A stretch of 64,000 nt of DNA from an uncultured archaeon (GTDB lineage: Archaea; Asgardarchaeota; Lokiarchaeia; Sigyniarchaeales; SOKP01), in assembly GCA_964486045.1 (NCBI GenBank), contig CAZALK010000001.1, positions 552,242 through 616,241 of the forward strand, written 5' to 3'. The first letter of the stretch is position 1, and every line of letters begins with the position of its first letter. Below the pieces are notes generated by a model. It ran no database searches. It saw only the letters and a program-made list of their open reading frames with translations, and was not told the DNA's origin. A program made the position numbers and the translations under genes. This document shows, one piece after another, positions 60,207-64,000 of this stretch.

Positions 60207-60527
60207 TTACTTCTGCTGGATAAGTATATTTTCTTCAGGAAACCCTAAATCGATTAGCAGTTTTTTTATCTTAAATCGATGATCTCCTTGAAGCTCAACT
60301 TCATTATCTCTTACAGTTCCACCAGAGGCGCATTTCTTTTTTGCTTTTGTCAAAATGTTTTTCAAATTTACATCAAAGCTTCCGACAAAAGTAATTACTG
60401 TAACAACACGCCCCCATTTACGCCTATCGTTTGAGATTATTATTTGTTGTTCATCAGCGCTTAAACTATCACAAATACACAGCTCTTTTGGAAAACTACA
60501 TAACGGACATATGTCGTCGTCTTTAAT
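60207..60527 (-). CDS. sui1: translation initiation factor aIF1 (SUI1/YciH), probable ATT start; absent from ORF track
   Basis: IKDDDICPLCSFPKELCICD...RRKWGRVVT...CASGGTV...VELQGDHR...LGF*; in-frame TAA at 60534-60536, no NTG before conserved residues. Confidence 0.93.
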   Translation of the reverse strand: MKDDDICPLCSFPKELCICDSLSADEQQIIISNDRRKWGRVVTVITFVGSFDVNLKNILTKAKKKCASGGTVRDNEVELQGDHRFKIKKLLIDLGFPEENILIQQK

Positions 60528-60754
60528 ACTCTCTTATCACAACCTTCGTTATTCAAAATATATTTATTATTAATTAAAAGGTACTAAGCAATAATAGAAT
60601 AAAATCTTATAAAAATCTTTTTCATTTTAGAAAATAACTCTCTTCTTATTCACCCTATTTAAAAGAAAGCGTAATCAAAAAAGTATATAAAGTTAAATTT
60701 TTATTATTTATAAATAAGTGTGTTCTTTTTGTTTGGAAATTTAGGTGGTTTACG

Positions 60755-61291
60755 ATAGGACAGAGTTCATGGATATTTAAAGTTATAGTGGCTGGTGCGG
60801 GGGGAGTGGGAAAAACAGCAATGATAACACGTTACTGCTCCGGAAAATTCGAAGAAGGTTATAAAATGACAATTGGAGCGGGATTTCACACCAAATCTGA
60901 AGTTCTTGATACAGGAGAAGCCGTTAAAATGCAGTTATGGGATTTTGCTGGTGAAAAGCGGTTTCGTGAACTCTTACCGGATTATTGTAAGGGGGCGAGT
61001 GGTGCTTTTATCTGTTTTGATATTACTGATTATGATACTTTCAGAGAAATTCAGGGGTGGCTTAAAATCATCCGTCAAAAAGCTGGCTTCGTTCCTATAA
61101 TCCTAATGGGTATGAAATGGGACCTCCAAGATCATGAAGTAGATTTTGAAATTGCGAATAATTATGCTCTACAGGCAAAATGTAATCAGTGTGTATTCTG
61201 TTCTTCAAAAGGGGATATAAACATAAATGAATCATTTCAAGCTATGGGAAAATGGTTGATTTACTTCGCAACTCAAACCGATAATAAATAA
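60755..61291 (+). CDS. Rab-like small GTPase (start probably non-canonical, upstream of GTG 60788)
   Basis: WIFKVIVAGAGGVGKT, TIG, LWDFAGE.RF, GMKWD, CSSK; no prenylation motif. Confidence 0.9.
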   Translation: MGQSSWIFKVIVAGAGGVGKTAMITRYCSGKFEEGYKMTIGAGFHTKSEVLDTGEAVKMQLWDFAGEKRFRELLPDYCKGASGAFICFDITDYDTFREIQGWLKIIRQKAGFVPIILMGMKWDLQDHEVDFEIANNYALQAKCNQCVFCSSKGDININESFQAMGKWLIYFATQTDNK

Positions 61292-61394
61292 AACGAAAAA
61301 TAGTCTAAATTCCTAATTTAAATTAACCTTAATAGAGAAAAAGCTAAATATTATATTAAATAACATAATATATTAAAAAAAAAATAGCAATAAA

Positions 61395-61499
61395 GCCTCC
61401 GTAGCTCAGCTAGGTAGAGCACTCGGCTGTTAACCGAGCGGTCGCATGTTCGATTTCATTGTTCAGTCTCTGGACAAGACGAGTTCCATGCCGGGGGCG
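61395..61499 (+). tRNA. tRNA-Asn(GUU) with 31-nt intron at 59/60 (61455-61485)
   Basis: CUCGG-CUGUUAA-CCGAG anticodon arm; T-arm GCAUG-UUCG-[AUU]...CGAG-[UUC]-CAUGC BHB. Confidence 0.92.
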
Positions 61500-61576
61500 C
61501 AATTTTCTCACTTACTTTTTAGCTTTCTTACTCAAAATAATAGATACATATAATTTTTAAAGTTATAACCGATTCC

Positions 61577-64000
61577 TCATTGATTATCTTTAGGAACCAG
61601 ATCTGGGTAAATCGGTTCAAATTTTGAAGTAAATACCTTTGGATTTTCCCAACGCTTTTGTTTTTTATTCCACTCGAGATTTTTCAAGGGGTTGTAGGAC
61701 TTCAGAAAGTCTAGTCCTCCATAAATAGATTTAACCAAATTACTACCATCAACTAAGTCGTTTAGAATAATGTAATGTTCAACCTCTAAATACTCGAACA
61801 GCAAATCAAATAATCTTTCAAATTCACTAATTTCACATTTTGGAAACTTAATTTTAATCATAAGCCCCGTCGGGAATTGTATTTGTTGTTTAAACCCATA
61901 AATGAAATACTCTCCCTTGATTTCATAAATAGTTGCCACATTAAAAAAGCTGAAAACTTTTACGACAGTGTCGATTGATTCTTTTTTCATATTAGGCACA
62001 ATTATGTAAACGATGTTGTGAAGGTCTAAATTCTTTAGAGAGAGATAAGGGAATATTAAGTTCTTTTTAAGCAGGCTTGTGATATGATTTATAGTTTTCA
62101 CTTTTTTTGTAGCTAAAAATGACTTTATATCAATTGATTGGGTGTCATAAATTTGGGATAACGATTCAAATTCAGGAGATTCTGGATCTAAGTACGATGA
62201 TATTGATTTTTTTCCTATTTCAAACTCTCTTATCACTGAATTCTTTACAATATATTTTGAATTGAATAGTACATTTTGCATATGCATTTTAAATCTATCT
62301 TTATCATAAATCCAACCTTCTTGGCTAAGATTATTGTTAAAGTGAAGAATTTCATAAACTTTATTTATAAAAAAACCACAGTATTCTCGGATTATCTTTT
62401 TTGACCTTGCTAACCAGTGTAGATACTTCAGGTTAGGTGATCCATAAGGCATAATGTATTTTATGAAAAGTGAGTTTGATGTATCTATTGATACGGGATA
62501 TTTAATCTTTTGAAACGTATTTAAGAAAAGAAGCTTGAAATCAAGTTCATTCATATTTGTCGGGTAAAGATAAATGAAATATTGTTCTAGTCCAAAATTT
62601 TCAAAAGAAGGAATGAATTTTATAGAATTAATATAATTGTCGAAAAAATATTCTTCCTTGGCTTTTTTAAATTCAACATTATTTATCAGATATCCTTTGA
62701 GGTTTAAATGAAACCTTAATAACTTTTTTAAATGTATGTCGTTAAAATCGTTATTTTCTCTCATGACACGAGTGTTAACTCTGTTCACTAAAGTTAATAA
62801 ACTTTTTTCTTGTGACCAAAATTTTTCCTGATATTCATTCTTCTCTTCTCTCCGAGATTCTAATTCATTTCCAAATATACTTCTTACATATAGAAAATAT
62901 TGTCGGTAGAGATCTTTTGTATAAAAAAAAGTCTTGCTATCAAAATCATAAAAATTTTTGCTAGATAATGCTTTAATCGTACCACTCCATAAGAATGATT
63001 TCCCGTAAAGTAAATTTTCTTTAAATAAATTATGGAGAATTGAGAATAGGTGTCTTTTTTCTTTTTTGGTGAGATAAGGAGTTGAAATTTCTACATAGAT
63101 TAAGCTATTATTAGATATTAAATCTTTTGTATAATTCACGAGAATTCTAGGGAAAATTTTTTTGATTTGAGTTATATCTCTTTGAGTTTTTTGAGAATTA
63201 GCTAAAAATAGTTGAAGAAAATCATTTACATATTCTTTTACCATAACTGTATTAATTAATAGCGGTTTGATAACCGGCGGTTCATTATTCAATAATTTAT
63301 CCAATATATTATTGATTTCTTGACTAGTTATTTGATAAAGTTTGATTTTTTCATAGTATTTTTCTAATTTTTCTTCTTTTTTAGAATAAATTTTACCTAC
63401 TAAATTCTTATCTGTTATTATCTTTTTAATATCTTTTAGGTTAAATACTTTCAAATTATAGAAGACGTTCATTAAATCATAGAAATTCTTGAATTTCTCG
63501 ACTTCTTCTCTATATTTTTCTTTAGATTCAAAATAAATTGAAAAAATATCATTTAAAACAGTATCTATAAGATTTGTATTTTTTATTCTGATATTTTCTT
63601 CAACTAGATTCAACTGATTTAGTTTTTTGAAGGTTTTATGAAAATCAGTTAATGTTTTAATTTTTGGATTTTTTGCGAGTACCCTATCCATTAAATTCAA
63701 GATTGCTAAATACTCATCTAATATTTCTTTTATAGAGAAAAATCCAAAATCCACATTTTCTTTAAGAAATTGAAAAAATTGTAATTGTAGATTTTCTGAA
63801 ACATAGAATTTATTTAAAATTTTTTTTAGATTTGTTAAAAGTGTTTGTTGGGTAATAACTTCATCAACCAAATCTGATTTTATGGTAGCCAGAGTCTCAG
63901 TGTTTCTTTCAAATCCAAATCCTGTTACAGAAAACATTCTAATTCTATCAAGTATTAAAAAATCGAGAAGAGAAAGCTCAAAACTAGAAGTAATATTACC
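61577..64000 (-). CDS. paralog of the 1219-aa giant protein, 5' part beyond window
   Basis: Shared FSV.G.GFER, PYLTKKEK, KNFYDF..K.FFYTK.LY, FGLEQ, LLFLNTFQKIKYP, FPKCEISEF, YNPLKNL.WN. Confidence 0.9.
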   Translation of the reverse strand, partial: GNITSSFELSLLDFLILDRIRMFSVTGFGFERNTETLATIKSDLVDEVITQQTLLTNLKKILNKFYVSENLQLQFFQFLKENVDFGFFSIKEILDEYLAILNLMDRVLAKNPKIKTLTDFHKTFKKLNQLNLVEENIRIKNTNLIDTVLNDIFSIYFESKEKYREEVEKFKNFYDLMNVFYNLKVFNLKDIKKIITDKNLVGKIYSKKEEKLEKYYEKIKLYQITSQEINNILDKLLNNEPPVIKPLLINTVMVKEYVNDFLQLFLANSQKTQRDITQIKKIFPRILVNYTKDLISNNSLIYVEISTPYLTKKEKRHLFSILHNLFKENLLYGKSFLWSGTIKALSSKNFYDFDSKTFFYTKDLYRQYFLYVRSIFGNELESRREEKNEYQEKFWSQEKSLLTLVNRVNTRVMRENNDFNDIHLKKLLRFHLNLKGYLINNVEFKKAKEEYFFDNYINSIKFIPSFENFGLEQYFIYLYPTNMNELDFKLLFLNTFQKIKYPVSIDTSNSLFIKYIMPYGSPNLKYLHWLARSKKIIREYCGFFINKVYEILHFNNNLSQEGWIYDKDRFKMHMQNVLFNSKYIVKNSVIREFEIGKKSISSYLDPESPEFESLSQIYDTQSIDIKSFLATKKVKTINHITSLLKKNLIFPYLSLKNLDLHNIVYIIVPNMKKESIDTVVKVFSFFNVATIYEIKGEYFIYGFKQQIQFPTGLMIKIKFPKCEISEFERLFDLLFEYLEVEHYIILNDLVDGSNLVKSIYGGLDFLKSYNPLKNLEWNKKQKRWENPKVFTSKFEPIYPDLVPKDNQ

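Noticed and set aside
60355-60573. 72-aa plus-strand ORF
   Set aside because: Antisense shadow of aIF1.

Overview
AT-rich chromosomal segment of an Asgard archaeon, most likely Lokiarchaeia. The evidence is archaeal information genes (aRF1, aIF2beta, TFB, Rpo12, RIO1/NMD3/Dim2, FtsZ), Asgard eukaryotic-signature proteins (profilin, Rab-like GTPase, RING-like protein) and a 23S rRNA with large ES9/ES39 expansions. 1-18 kb is accessory acyl-CoA/lipid metabolism plus small inserts next to a stand-alone 23S gene (minus strand, ~18.4-21.8 kb). 22-40 kb and 47-61 kb are mostly core genes. Main observations, all read by eye without searches: (1) the aIF1/SUI1 gene has no ATG/GTG/TTG start and apparently initiates at AUU, and its divergent Rab-like neighbour also seems to need a non-AUG start; (2) a tandemly repeated module [PD-(D/E)xK nuclease, conserved promoter, tiny peptide ORF ending GxEGVP, giant ~1200-aa Lrp-like repeat protein] at 40.6-46.7 kb, a candidate peptide-signal/receptor system; (3) bulge-helix-bulge (BHB) introns in the 23S rRNA (H69 loop, probably also H91) and four introns in three tRNAs, including tRNA-Leu(CAA) with a 5-nt micro-exon; (4) repeated copies of the 23S 3' flank bracketing accessory genes; (5) an FrhB-TrmB-HTH fusion with a hairpin leader.
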